A stretch of DNA of 64,000 nt, taken from contig CADABS010000004.1 of NCBI GenBank assembly GCA_902786245.1, positions 6,327 to 70,326 on the forward strand. Direction: 5' to 3'. The DNA comes from an uncultured Erysipelotrichaceae bacterium (lineage in GTDB: Bacteria; Bacillota_I; Bacilli_A; Erysipelotrichales; Erysipelotrichaceae). Below the pieces are notes generated by a model. That model searched no databases, was not told where the DNA came from, and worked only from the letters and a program-made list of their open reading frames with translations. The stretch's first letter is position 1. Every line of letters begins with the position of its first letter. The position numbers and the translations under genes are program-made. This document shows positions 28,681-36,436 of this stretch, piece after piece.

Positions 28681-29378
28681 AGGCCATCACCCCACAGTTT
28701 CTGATATACGGAATCCCGCAGGAAGTGATCCGGCTCTGACATATCGGTCAGACGATGCGCATCGCTGTCGATAAACCAGTATGTCGAATCTTCTGTCACC
28801 CAGGGATTGCTTTCGATCACCCGCAGCCGCTGTTCTTCATTCTTGACTTCCAGGCCGTCATACGGCAGGTCCATCGGAATGAATCCGAGCTGGTTGGTTA
28901 CGCTGTTCTGTCTGTCCAGCACATGGGCCAGGATCACCCTGCCGCCATGCGCATGTATTGCGTCCGTGCATTCTTCCAGCGTCGCATTCAGCGATACCAG
29001 CAGAAGCCTCGGTTCGTCCGCGATCTTCTCATCCATCTCATTCATGATCCACTGATGCCCGAAGAAATCTTCGTCATTCGGTACATCCGGCATCCGTTCA
29101 TCGATCCATTTCTGGAATACCTGGCTTTTCTCCAGCGTATTGAACAGACCCAGGACATGCACTTCTTCAATGGTCTGCAGCTCCGCTCCATACAGCATTT
29201 TCATGCCGATGTTTTCCGCAGCCTTCGCCACTGCCGGCAGCTGCTTCGTAGAGTTGTGATCGGTCACTGCAATCAGATCCAGACCTTTGATAAACGCCAT
29301 GTTCACAATGTTGTTCGGCGTCATCTCGTCTTCCGCACAAGGTGACAGACAGCTGTGCATGTGCAGATCGTAAAACAT
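28677..29378 (-). CDS. PHP-domain phosphoesterase
   Basis: DLHMHS, AVTDHNS, GAEL, AHV and SDAH metal ligands. Confidence 0.88.
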   Translation of the reverse strand: MFYDLHMHSCLSPCAEDEMTPNNIVNMAFIKGLDLIAVTDHNSTKQLPAVAKAAENIGMKMLYGAELQTIEEVHVLGLFNTLEKSQVFQKWIDERMPDVPNDEDFFGHQWIMNEMDEKIADEPRLLLVSLNATLEECTDAIHAHGGRVILAHVLDRQNSVTNQLGFIPMDLPYDGLEVKNEEQRLRVIESNPWVTEDSTYWFIDSDAHRLTDMSEPDHFLRDSVYQKLWGDGL

Positions 29379-29710
29379 CAGATACCCAGCGCAGCCAGAA
29401 CTTTGGCCGTTTCATACGCCGGAATGCCGCTTTCCAGCATTACCAGCTGCTCATCTGTCGACTTCTGGACCATCTCATCCGTCACATTGGCGCCATCGGC
29501 GACGATGACACAGGAGAATTCTCTCAGCAGTGCGACAGCGATGACATTCGGATGTACCTGGACCGTGATCCAGGCCTGACCCGGCTCACCGTTTCCCATG
29601 ACCCAGCTGAGCAGATCGCCGCAGTATGCGCCGCTGACTTCAATGGAAGTATCCAGCTGCGTTGTCGCCAGTTTCCAGCCTGTCTTTTCAATCAGTTCGT
29701 TGATTGTCAT
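29378..29710 (-). CDS. DRTGG-like domain protein
   Basis: GAYCGDLLSWVM...AWITVQVHPNVIAVA; typical of hydrogenase regulatory clusters. Confidence 0.75.
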   Translation of the reverse strand: MTINELIEKTGWKLATTQLDTSIEVSGAYCGDLLSWVMGNGEPGQAWITVQVHPNVIAVALLREFSCVIVADGANVTDEMVQKSTDEQLVMLESGIPAYETAKVLAALGI

Positions 29711-30893
29711 TCTTCTTCTCCCTGAGGGCATGCAGCACGCGGCAGTCCTCTATTTTCTTGTTACCCTTTACGATTTCCTCCGCCATGATCCTGCATGTCT
29801 GCATGCCGCAGGCACTGCAGTCATAGCCGGGCAGTTTTTCCAGCTGCTCATTGACATTCCGGAAGAAGATCGTCCGTTCCATAAAGGAGCGCGTATCCTC
29901 ATCCGTCCTGAGGAAATCCTCCGTATAGATGTCATCAAAGGGAATATAGCTGACATCCCTTCTCTTTCCGTCTGAGAGTGCATCGATGTTGTTGGTCATC
30001 AGGAAGCTGTTTCCCCACAGCATATGACCGCCGATGCAGCCGTTGAAGCACGGATACAGGAACAGCAGACGGAACTGATTCAGCAGTCCGAACTCCGCCA
30101 TATCCAGCACGGCGCAGACCTTGTCGAATCCGTCCGCGATCAGATATGTATCCTTCTGGACGATCCTTGCCGGATTGCATACCTGCAGACCCCGGACATT
30201 GAATGACACAGGATCCTTTCCCTGCTTCATATTCTTCCGGATCGCCGGGAATACATCGACCAGCGCCAGGGCATGATCGACTTCGTATTCCATGTTTCCG
30301 TACGGGAACTTGGCCAGTTCCAGCTTCGCCTCGCATTCGCACAGATTGAATATGCCGACGTTCCTGCCCGCATGTTTTTTCCGGATCAGTCTGGCAGCAA
30401 TTTCCGAATCGTAATTCACCGGCAGGATGAATTCCTGCAGGACCTTGTAGCGGTTGGCAATCAGCCGGTTGATGACCGGGCAGAACGACGAGATATAGGT
30501 CACATCATTCGTGCTGTCCGCCATCAGCTGCGCTTCCTGCAGCTGCCTTGCCGTGACATCGGTCATATCCACAACTTCGTCGAATCCGAGCAGACGGATG
30601 GCATGGAACAGATCCTGCGCCTCTTCGATATTCGAACAGTGCGAGATCAGCGCTCCCGGCACAAGGCATACGGTATATTCATAGTTTTTCAGATCTTCCA
30701 GTGTACTTCCCTGGGCGAGCAGACCGCGGTTGTGGCATGCCTGCACGCACCGGCCGCAGTTGATGCAGCGGGCCGAGTCAATATATACACGGTTATCCGC
30801 CATGGACAATGCGCTGGTCGGACAGGCCTTGACGCATTTCATGCACCGGATACATCTCTCCAGCGTATAATTGACAACACTCCGCCGGCTCAC
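29688..30893 (-). CDS. Sensory-type [FeFe]-hydrogenase-like protein (group C/D-like) with 2x4Fe-4S and C-terminal FeS domain
   Basis: CIRCMKCVKAC and CINCGRCVQAC; degenerate H-cluster motifs ISSFCP, NLCECEAKLE, YPCFNGCIGG; C-terminal LPGYDCSACGMQTC. Confidence 0.8.
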   Translation of the reverse strand: MSRRSVVNYTLERCIRCMKCVKACPTSALSMADNRVYIDSARCINCGRCVQACHNRGLLAQGSTLEDLKNYEYTVCLVPGALISHCSNIEEAQDLFHAIRLLGFDEVVDMTDVTARQLQEAQLMADSTNDVTYISSFCPVINRLIANRYKVLQEFILPVNYDSEIAARLIRKKHAGRNVGIFNLCECEAKLELAKFPYGNMEYEVDHALALVDVFPAIRKNMKQGKDPVSFNVRGLQVCNPARIVQKDTYLIADGFDKVCAVLDMAEFGLLNQFRLLFLYPCFNGCIGGHMLWGNSFLMTNNIDALSDGKRRDVSYIPFDDIYTEDFLRTDEDTRSFMERTIFFRNVNEQLEKLPGYDCSACGMQTCRIMAEEIVKGNKKIEDCRVLHALREKKNDNQRTD

Positions 30894-31318
30894 TGAGCCG
30901 CCCGGAAACTGATTGTGAGGGTCGTTCCGGCCTCCGAGCTCTGAATATCAAATGCATCGGAAACCCGCTGAATGTTCGGCAGACCCATACCGGCGCCGAA
31001 ACCCATCGCTCTGGCCTTTTCACTGGCTGTCGACCAGCCCGGTGTCAGAGCCTTTTCCAGGTCGGGAATACCGGGACCCGGATCCTTGAATACCAGAGTC
31101 ACCGTTCCGTCATCCATGATATCCATCGTTATATCTCCGCCAAAGGCGTGAATCAGCATATTGATTTCAGACTCATAGCTGGCAACTGCGATTCTGCGCA
31201 TCACCTTCGGATCGAAGCCGATGCTGTTCAGCGTCTGCTTGATATCCGAACTGACCTTTCCGGCGCTGCCGTAGTCATCCCGCAGGACCTTGTATTCCTT
31301 ATGCAGTACGACTGCCAT
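30890..31318 (-). CDS. RsbT/anti-sigma-like Ser/Thr kinase (HATPase_c)
   Basis: AVASYESEINMLIHA, DPGPGIPD, ALTPGWSTA, GFGAGMGLPNI. Confidence 0.85.
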   Translation of the reverse strand: MAVVLHKEYKVLRDDYGSAGKVSSDIKQTLNSIGFDPKVMRRIAVASYESEINMLIHAFGGDITMDIMDDGTVTLVFKDPGPGIPDLEKALTPGWSTASEKARAMGFGAGMGLPNIQRVSDAFDIQSSEAGTTLTISFRAAQ

Positions 31319-31673
31319 AGATACCACCCAGACCTTTCTGATAAAGCACGCCGCAGGCTTCAAACATCGTCAGGTCCGAAGCCAGCATTGTGATGCCCAT
31401 GTTTCTGGCAAGTTCAATCGTTTCATCGCTGGGAAACTTTCCTCTGACAAACACGACGAAGCGCATATCCATCATTTCGACCGTCCGCAGCGTCTGGGCA
31501 TTGGCCAGACCCGTGATCAGTACCGTCGTTTCCGGATTTGTCTGCACAAACATCAGCACGTCGCTCATCAGATCGGAAGCGAAAGCCGCTTCATAATCCC
31601 GGTTGCGATCTTCTTCTTCCCAGTAAGTGATCGGTGCCGCCTGCAGAATCTCTGCAATCTCAACGGCTCTCAT
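31299..31673 (-). CDS. DRTGG-like domain protein
   Basis: AAFASDLMSDVL, VLITGLAN, VVFVRGK. Confidence 0.75.
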   Translation of the reverse strand: MRAVEIAEILQAAPITYWEEEDRNRDYEAAFASDLMSDVLMFVQTNPETTVLITGLANAQTLRTVEMMDMRFVVFVRGKFPSDETIELARNMGITMLASDLTMFEACGVLYQKGLGGIYGSRTA

Positions 31674-31675
31674 AA

Positions 31676-32176
31676 TTACGCAGCCGCTGTTCCCTTTTCT
31701 TCGGCGATGATCTGCTTGAGTTCATTCAGCAGCTTGTTCTTGTCTGTCGCAGCGCCGATGACCTTACCGTCAACGACTGCTACCGGCGCAAGACCGCAGG
31801 CACCCAGGCATCTTGTCGCATCGAGCGAGAACAGACCGTCTGCGCTTGTTCCGTTGACCGGTGCACCTGTCAGTTCGATTGTCTGGTCGATCAGTTTCTG
31901 GCCGCCCTTGACATAGCAGGCTGTACCCAGGCAGACATTGATGACATGCTTGCCCTTCGGCTCTGTCGTGAACTGCGCATAGAACATGACGACACCATAT
32001 ACTTCAGCTACGCTGCTGCCGCATGCTTCAGCGATCTTTTCCATGGCTTCAAACGGAATGTAGCCGAGTTCATTCTGCACGTCGTGCAGCATGACAATCG
32101 TAGGTCCCGGCTCCTGTACGTGTTTTGCAACGATCTCATCGATCTTCTGCAGTGTAGCAGCATTTAATTTTTCCAT
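31676..32176 (-). CDS. hydC: [2Fe-2S] hydrogenase subunit (HydC/HndA, NuoE-like)
   Basis: LHDVQNELGYIP, VCLGTACYVKG, RCLGACGLAPV. Confidence 0.92.
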   Translation of the reverse strand: MEKLNAATLQKIDEIVAKHVQEPGPTIVMLHDVQNELGYIPFEAMEKIAEACGSSVAEVYGVVMFYAQFTTEPKGKHVINVCLGTACYVKGGQKLIDQTIELTGAPVNGTSADGLFSLDATRCLGACGLAPVAVVDGKVIGAATDKNKLLNELKQIIAEEKGTAAA

Positions 32177-32910
32177 CCTTGTTCCTCCTTAACATTGCGT
32201 TCGATCAGATAATCGAACAGATGGTCAATACATATCGAAATCAGTATGATAACGATCGTCCATGCGAGAATACCGTCGGTCAGAAGATACATCCGGCAGT
32301 AATTCAGCCTGCGTCCGATTCCGGTCTGGACAGATCCCAGAATCTCCGCCATCACCCCGACCTTGAAGCCGAGCGATGCGGCTGTTTTTCCCGTACGCAG
32401 GATCTCCATCGCCAGCGACGGCAGGATCCTGGTCCTTATCTTGACTGATAACGTTTCGGGATATACGGCATCGACATCTTTCATCAGCGCATGTTCAGCG
32501 TCCAGCGCATTCAGGAATCCGTTCATGAATACCGGAAACAGAATCATGAAACTGACGGTCGCTGCAGCGCCTTCCGAGCCAAGCCAGATCACGGCAATGA
32601 TGATATACGTCACATTGGGGATGGTCTTGGTCAGGATCCTGACCGGCTCAAAGTAGCGCCTGAACGCGGGGAATTCGCTGCACAGAATACTGCAGAACAG
32701 CGCCGTCAGCAGCGACAGCGCAAATCCGCATCCGACCCGCCACAGCGATGCCCCGACGGAAACATAGAATTCTTTTTCCGTCAGCAGCCGGCCCAGATAG
32801 ATCAATGTCTGCCATGGAGAAGGAATGAGCACATCGTTATGAACAGCAGCCGCCAGTATCCACCAGGCAGCGATCAGTACGCCCGTGGTAATGAAAGGCT
32901 CTTTTTTCAT
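32164..32910 (-). CDS. ABC transporter permease, SsuC/TauC/NitT family
   Basis: IPSPWQT, SLWRVGCG, KTIPNVTY, FKVGVMAEILG; about 6 TM helices; overlaps the hydC start. Confidence 0.85.
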   Translation of the reverse strand: MKKEPFITTGVLIAAWWILAAAVHNDVLIPSPWQTLIYLGRLLTEKEFYVSVGASLWRVGCGFALSLLTALFCSILCSEFPAFRRYFEPVRILTKTIPNVTYIIIAVIWLGSEGAAATVSFMILFPVFMNGFLNALDAEHALMKDVDAVYPETLSVKIRTRILPSLAMEILRTGKTAASLGFKVGVMAEILGSVQTGIGRRLNYCRMYLLTDGILAWTIVIILISICIDHLFDYLIERNVKEEQGWKN

Positions 32911-32934
32911 AACAAAAACATCCTTTCCGGCGAT

Positions 32935-32964
32935 ATTATATCATTATTGTTAATCCATTCACAT
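32935..32964 (-). promoter_or_regulatory. Extended -10 promoter with Rex operator for the permease-hydrogenase operon
   Basis: TGaTATAAT (TATAAT at 32940-32935); TTGTTAA-TCCA-TTCACAT at 32947-32964 matches Rex TTGT(G/T)AA-N4-TT(C/A)ACAA with one mismatch. Confidence 0.75.
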
Positions 32965-32976
32965 AAAAACATGCGG

Positions 32977-33010
32977 AAAAAAAAGACAGCAGAAAAAGAA
33001 TCTCTGCTGC
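32977..33010 (-). terminator. Terminator after the binding-protein gene
   Basis: GCAGCAGA / TCTGCTGT stem followed by C and T8 on the minus strand. Confidence 0.7.
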
Positions 33011-33037
33011 CCCTTATGAACTTGTGAGAATTGCTGT

Positions 33038-33991
33038 TTATTCCGCAAATGCGGCATCAATATCCGTTACATTCCATACGGCCATGAAATCCGCTACTGC
33101 CTGCTTCGCATCCGCTGCCTTTGCGATCTTTACATTCATCCGGTTGTAGCACTTGGCGACAACTTCGGCAGACGGCAGACCGAGATTTTCAAGACCTGCG
33201 GCATTGATATCTTCGATCAGCTTCGAAGGATCATCCGGGTTGACGCTTTCGGCATATTCCTTCATGACGCTGAGCATGGAATCGTACATTGCCTTGTTTG
33301 CTTCATAGGTATCGCCCTTGACGAACATTGCGGCCATCGGGAATCCTTCCCCGCCCCATGCTTCCTGGACATTGGCAAGGATCTTCAGCTTGCCTTCCGA
33401 TTTGCCGACCGTTGCCGTCGCCAGAGGTTCAGCCAGCAGCGCCGCATTGACATGGCCTGCCATCAGATCTGCCTGTGCTTCCGAAGCACTGTTGAATACC
33501 TTTGCGTTGGCTGTCAGCTGAGGGAAAGCCTTGGCGAATACAAGACCCGGTACTGAATCCTGTCCGAAGTAAGCAATGCCTGTGCCGTCGCCTTCCAGAT
33601 CCGCTTCCTCATTGCCGACGATATACAGGTTGCCCCAGTCGACGATGCCGAGAAGTTTATAGCCGGTCTTGCCGGCTGCTGCCAGCTGCACGCCGAGGTT
33701 TGTCGGAGCGATGATGACATCGTATTCCGGATTCGGGCTGATGAATGCCGCCTTGAGATCTTCGGCGCCGTTGATTGCATAATCAACCGTGTTCTTTCCT
33801 TCAACGATGACCGGCAGAAGCGATAATGCAGGTGCCTGCTGCGGTGTCAGGATCTTGAGACCCTCCGCGCTCACTGCCGCTGTTTCTGTCGGTTCTTCAT
33901 TGGTTTCCGTGTTTTCCTGTGCCGGCTGCGTGCCTGTGCATCCAGCCAGCAGCACTGCAGCCAGAGCTGCTGTCATCCATTTTCTGTTCAT
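33038..33991 (-). CDS. ABC substrate-binding lipoprotein, NMT1/SsuA-like
   Basis: Lipobox LLAG-C; APALS, DVIIAPTNLG, WGNLY and ALLAEP resemble NitT/TauT-type binding proteins. Confidence 0.75.
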   Translation of the reverse strand: MNRKWMTAALAAVLLAGCTGTQPAQENTETNEEPTETAAVSAEGLKILTPQQAPALSLLPVIVEGKNTVDYAINGAEDLKAAFISPNPEYDVIIAPTNLGVQLAAAGKTGYKLLGIVDWGNLYIVGNEEADLEGDGTGIAYFGQDSVPGLVFAKAFPQLTANAKVFNSASEAQADLMAGHVNAALLAEPLATATVGKSEGKLKILANVQEAWGGEGFPMAAMFVKGDTYEANKAMYDSMLSVMKEYAESVNPDDPSKLIEDINAAGLENLGLPSAEVVAKCYNRMNVKIAKAADAKQAVADFMAVWNVTDIDAAFAE

Positions 33992-34009
33992 AGTTTCCTC
34001 TCTTTCTCT

Positions 34010-34255
34010 TCAGGCTTTGGAATAAGCCGTCTTCACTGTCAGACCCTGGATATTTCCGAGTTTCCCGGTCAAAGCACTGATGACCTCCGCCGGTGCATCC
34101 ACTGCCACGGAGATCAGAGAAATATTCTTTTTGTGGTAAGGAATGCCCATGCGGCCGATGATATACTGTCCGTAATCATGCAGCACGGCATTCATCCTGG
34201 CGGTGCAGTCTTTGTCTTCGACAACGATTGCGATCACTGCGATTCTTTCTTCCAT
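34010..34255 (-). CDS. TM1266-family putative iron-only hydrogenase system regulator
   Basis: RIAVIAIVVED...LHDYGQYIIGRMGIPY...ISALTGKLGNI; RBS GGGGAGG. Confidence 0.85.
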   Translation of the reverse strand: MEERIAVIAIVVEDKDCTARMNAVLHDYGQYIIGRMGIPYHKKNISLISVAVDAPAEVISALTGKLGNIQGLTVKTAYSKA

Positions 34256-34258
34256 CAT

Positions 34259-34384
34259 TTCCTCCCCGAAACAAAAGGTCCCTGTTAACCGCACAAGGAC
34301 CTGAAAAAACCGATTTCTCTGTTATTCAATGCCTTCTTCCCGCTCAGAATTTCTCTTTACGGTCGGATAACATATTCAAGTATA
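34259..34384 (-). promoter_or_regulatory. Promoter and 5' leader with terminator directly before the RBS (candidate attenuator/riboswitch)
   Basis: TATACT 34384-34379; 10-bp terminator stem 34302-34293/34285-34276 plus UUUGUUU; alternative pairings described in findings. Confidence 0.45.
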
Positions 34385-34415
34385 CACAAACCTGCGATAA
34401 CCGCAAGTCAGCTGC

Positions 34416-36167
34416 TTATTTTTTCGAGCGGATTTCTTCCGTGATCATGTTCCGGAATTCATCCAGCGCAACTTTCTTCGCTTCTTTTGTACCGTAGCGG
34501 CGCACCGTTACGCTGCGCTCCTGGATCTCGCCGTCGCCGACGACCAGTTCGACCGGTGTCTTGGACATCTGCGCTTCTCTGACTCTGTAGCCGAGTTTCT
34601 CGTTTCTTGCATCAACGGAAACACGGACGCCGTCCTTTGCCAGCAGATCCGCAACTTCCCTTGCATAATCGCCATGGGCTTCCGGCGATACCGGAATGAC
34701 AACGACCTGCTTCGGTGCCAGCCAGGTCGGCAGATTTCCCTTTGTCTCTTCCAGCAGGAAGGCAACGAATCTGTCCAGAGATCCCAGGATCGCTCTGTGA
34801 ATAACGACCGGACGGGACTTGCCGCCTTCATTGTCGACATATTCCAGTTCGAATCTTTCCGGCAGCTGATAGTCCAGCTGAATCGTGGAAAGCGTAACAT
34901 CATGACCCAGTGCACTGCGTACCTGAACGTCGATCTTCGGTCCGTAGAATGCCGCTTCGCCGATCGCCTCATAGAACGGAACACCCATTTCCTTCAGTAC
35001 TTCTCTGAGCTGTGCTTCGCTCTTTTCCCACAGATTATCATTGCCGAAGTACTTTTCCTTGTTCTCCGGATCGCGCAGCGAGAGACGGAAATCATACTTC
35101 TCAAAGCCGAAGTCCTTGTATACATCCAGAATCAGCTTTGTAACACCCTTGATCTCATCCGCGATCTGATCCGGACGGCAGAAGATGTGCGAGTCATTCT
35201 GGGTGAATGCACGGGAACGCTCGATGCCGGTCAGAGCACCGCCGGCTTCAAAGCGGAAGTCATTGGCGATCTCGGCAATACGGATCGGCAGATCACGGTA
35301 GGAATGCAGCGTATTCTTATACATGATCATATGTTCCGGGCAGTTCATCGGACGCAGACAGTATTCGTCATTGTCTCTTTCCATGATCGGGAACATGTCA
35401 TCCTTGTAATGGGCAAGATGGCCGGAGATCTTGTACAGCTTTGTCGAAACGACCGACGGCGACATGACATGGACATAGCCCTGGGCAAGTTCCTTGTTCA
35501 TGATATAGTCAGACAGCTCGCGGCGGACGGTGAAGCCGTTGGGCAGCCACATCGGCAGACCGGCACCGACCGTCTCGGAGAACATGAACATCTGCAGTTC
35601 CTTGCCGAGCTTTCGGTGGTCTCTCTGCTTTGCATCTTCCAGATCCGCCAGATGCTTTTCGAGTTCCTCCGGAGTCGGCAGACAAACGCCGTAGATACGC
35701 TGCAGGACCTTATTGTCCGAATCGCCCTTCCAGTATGCACCGGAGTGCTTGAGCAGCTTGAAGTTCTTCAGCAGCTTGGTATTTTCAACATGGGGACCGC
35801 GGCACAGATCCGTGAAGTCGCCCTGTGTATACATCGAAATATTCGTACCCTCTTCCATCCGGGTGATCAGGTCGATCTTGTATTCATCATCCTTGAACTG
35901 TTCCAGCGCTTCTTCGCGGGTAATTTCATGACGGACGATCTTCTTTGCGTCTTTTGCGCATTTCTTCATTTCTTTTTCGATCTTCGGAAGATCTTCGTCA
36001 CGGATGACATCATCGCCCAGGTCGATATCGTAGTAGAAACCTTCTTCAACGACCGGTCCGACCCAGAACTTCGCCTGCGGATACAGGTGTTTTACAGCCT
36101 GCGCCATCAGATGCGCACAGCTGTGGTTGAGCATATTCAGCTCTTCGTTTTCCTTGAAATTGATCAT
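34416..36167 (-). CDS. thrS: Threonine--tRNA ligase (short form lacking the N-terminal TGS domain)
   Basis: NHSCAHL, DLCRGPH, RDHRKLG, LRPMNCP, GEAAFYGPKID, HRAILGS; start MINFK after AAGGAG. Confidence 0.96.
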   Translation of the reverse strand: MINFKENEELNMLNHSCAHLMAQAVKHLYPQAKFWVGPVVEEGFYYDIDLGDDVIRDEDLPKIEKEMKKCAKDAKKIVRHEITREEALEQFKDDEYKIDLITRMEEGTNISMYTQGDFTDLCRGPHVENTKLLKNFKLLKHSGAYWKGDSDNKVLQRIYGVCLPTPEELEKHLADLEDAKQRDHRKLGKELQMFMFSETVGAGLPMWLPNGFTVRRELSDYIMNKELAQGYVHVMSPSVVSTKLYKISGHLAHYKDDMFPIMERDNDEYCLRPMNCPEHMIMYKNTLHSYRDLPIRIAEIANDFRFEAGGALTGIERSRAFTQNDSHIFCRPDQIADEIKGVTKLILDVYKDFGFEKYDFRLSLRDPENKEKYFGNDNLWEKSEAQLREVLKEMGVPFYEAIGEAAFYGPKIDVQVRSALGHDVTLSTIQLDYQLPERFELEYVDNEGGKSRPVVIHRAILGSLDRFVAFLLEETKGNLPTWLAPKQVVVIPVSPEAHGDYAREVADLLAKDGVRVSVDARNEKLGYRVREAQMSKTPVELVVGDGEIQERSVTVRRYGTKEAKKVALDEFRNMITEEIRSKK

Positions 36168-36184
36168 GCTTGCATTCTCCTTGT

Positions 36185-36401
36185 CAAAATAAAAGCGTCC
36201 TGTGAAAAGGACGCCTGTAAGCGCGGTACCACCTTTATTCCCGCCGTATGACGGGCTCTCATTTTCCTTAACGCGGAACACGGCCTTCCCTTTCGGGCGC
36301 AGCTCGGGAGCAGTAGCCTCTGCCTGCCTCGTTTTCCTTACACCGGCCGGAAAACTCTCTGCATCAGCCTCAGCAGGACCGTATCTCCTTCATCGCATTT
36401 C
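36185..36401 (-). ncRNA. T-box riboswitch leader of thrS
   Basis: T-box AATAAAGGTGGTACCGCG (36239-36222); terminator GCGTCC-TTTTCACA-GGACGC plus T-tract (about 36187-36216); stem I AGAGA and GGTG motifs; candidate Thr specifier ACU at 36314-36312. Confidence 0.9.
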
Positions 36402-36407
36402 TACTAT

Positions 36408-36436
36408 GTTATACCGTTAAAAAGTGCCACTGTCAA
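36408..36436 (-). promoter_or_regulatory. SigA promoter of thrS
   Basis: TTGACA (36436-36431) -17 bp- TATAAC (36413-36408). Confidence 0.8.

Noticed and set aside
24165-32176. Selenocysteine or frameshifts in hydrogenase genes
   Set aside because: All frames are open with no in-frame TGA
34340-34384. TATA..AATATG..CCGTAAA resembling a purine riboswitch
   Set aside because: Spacing is far too short, GTTTCTAC is missing, and part of it lies in the promoter
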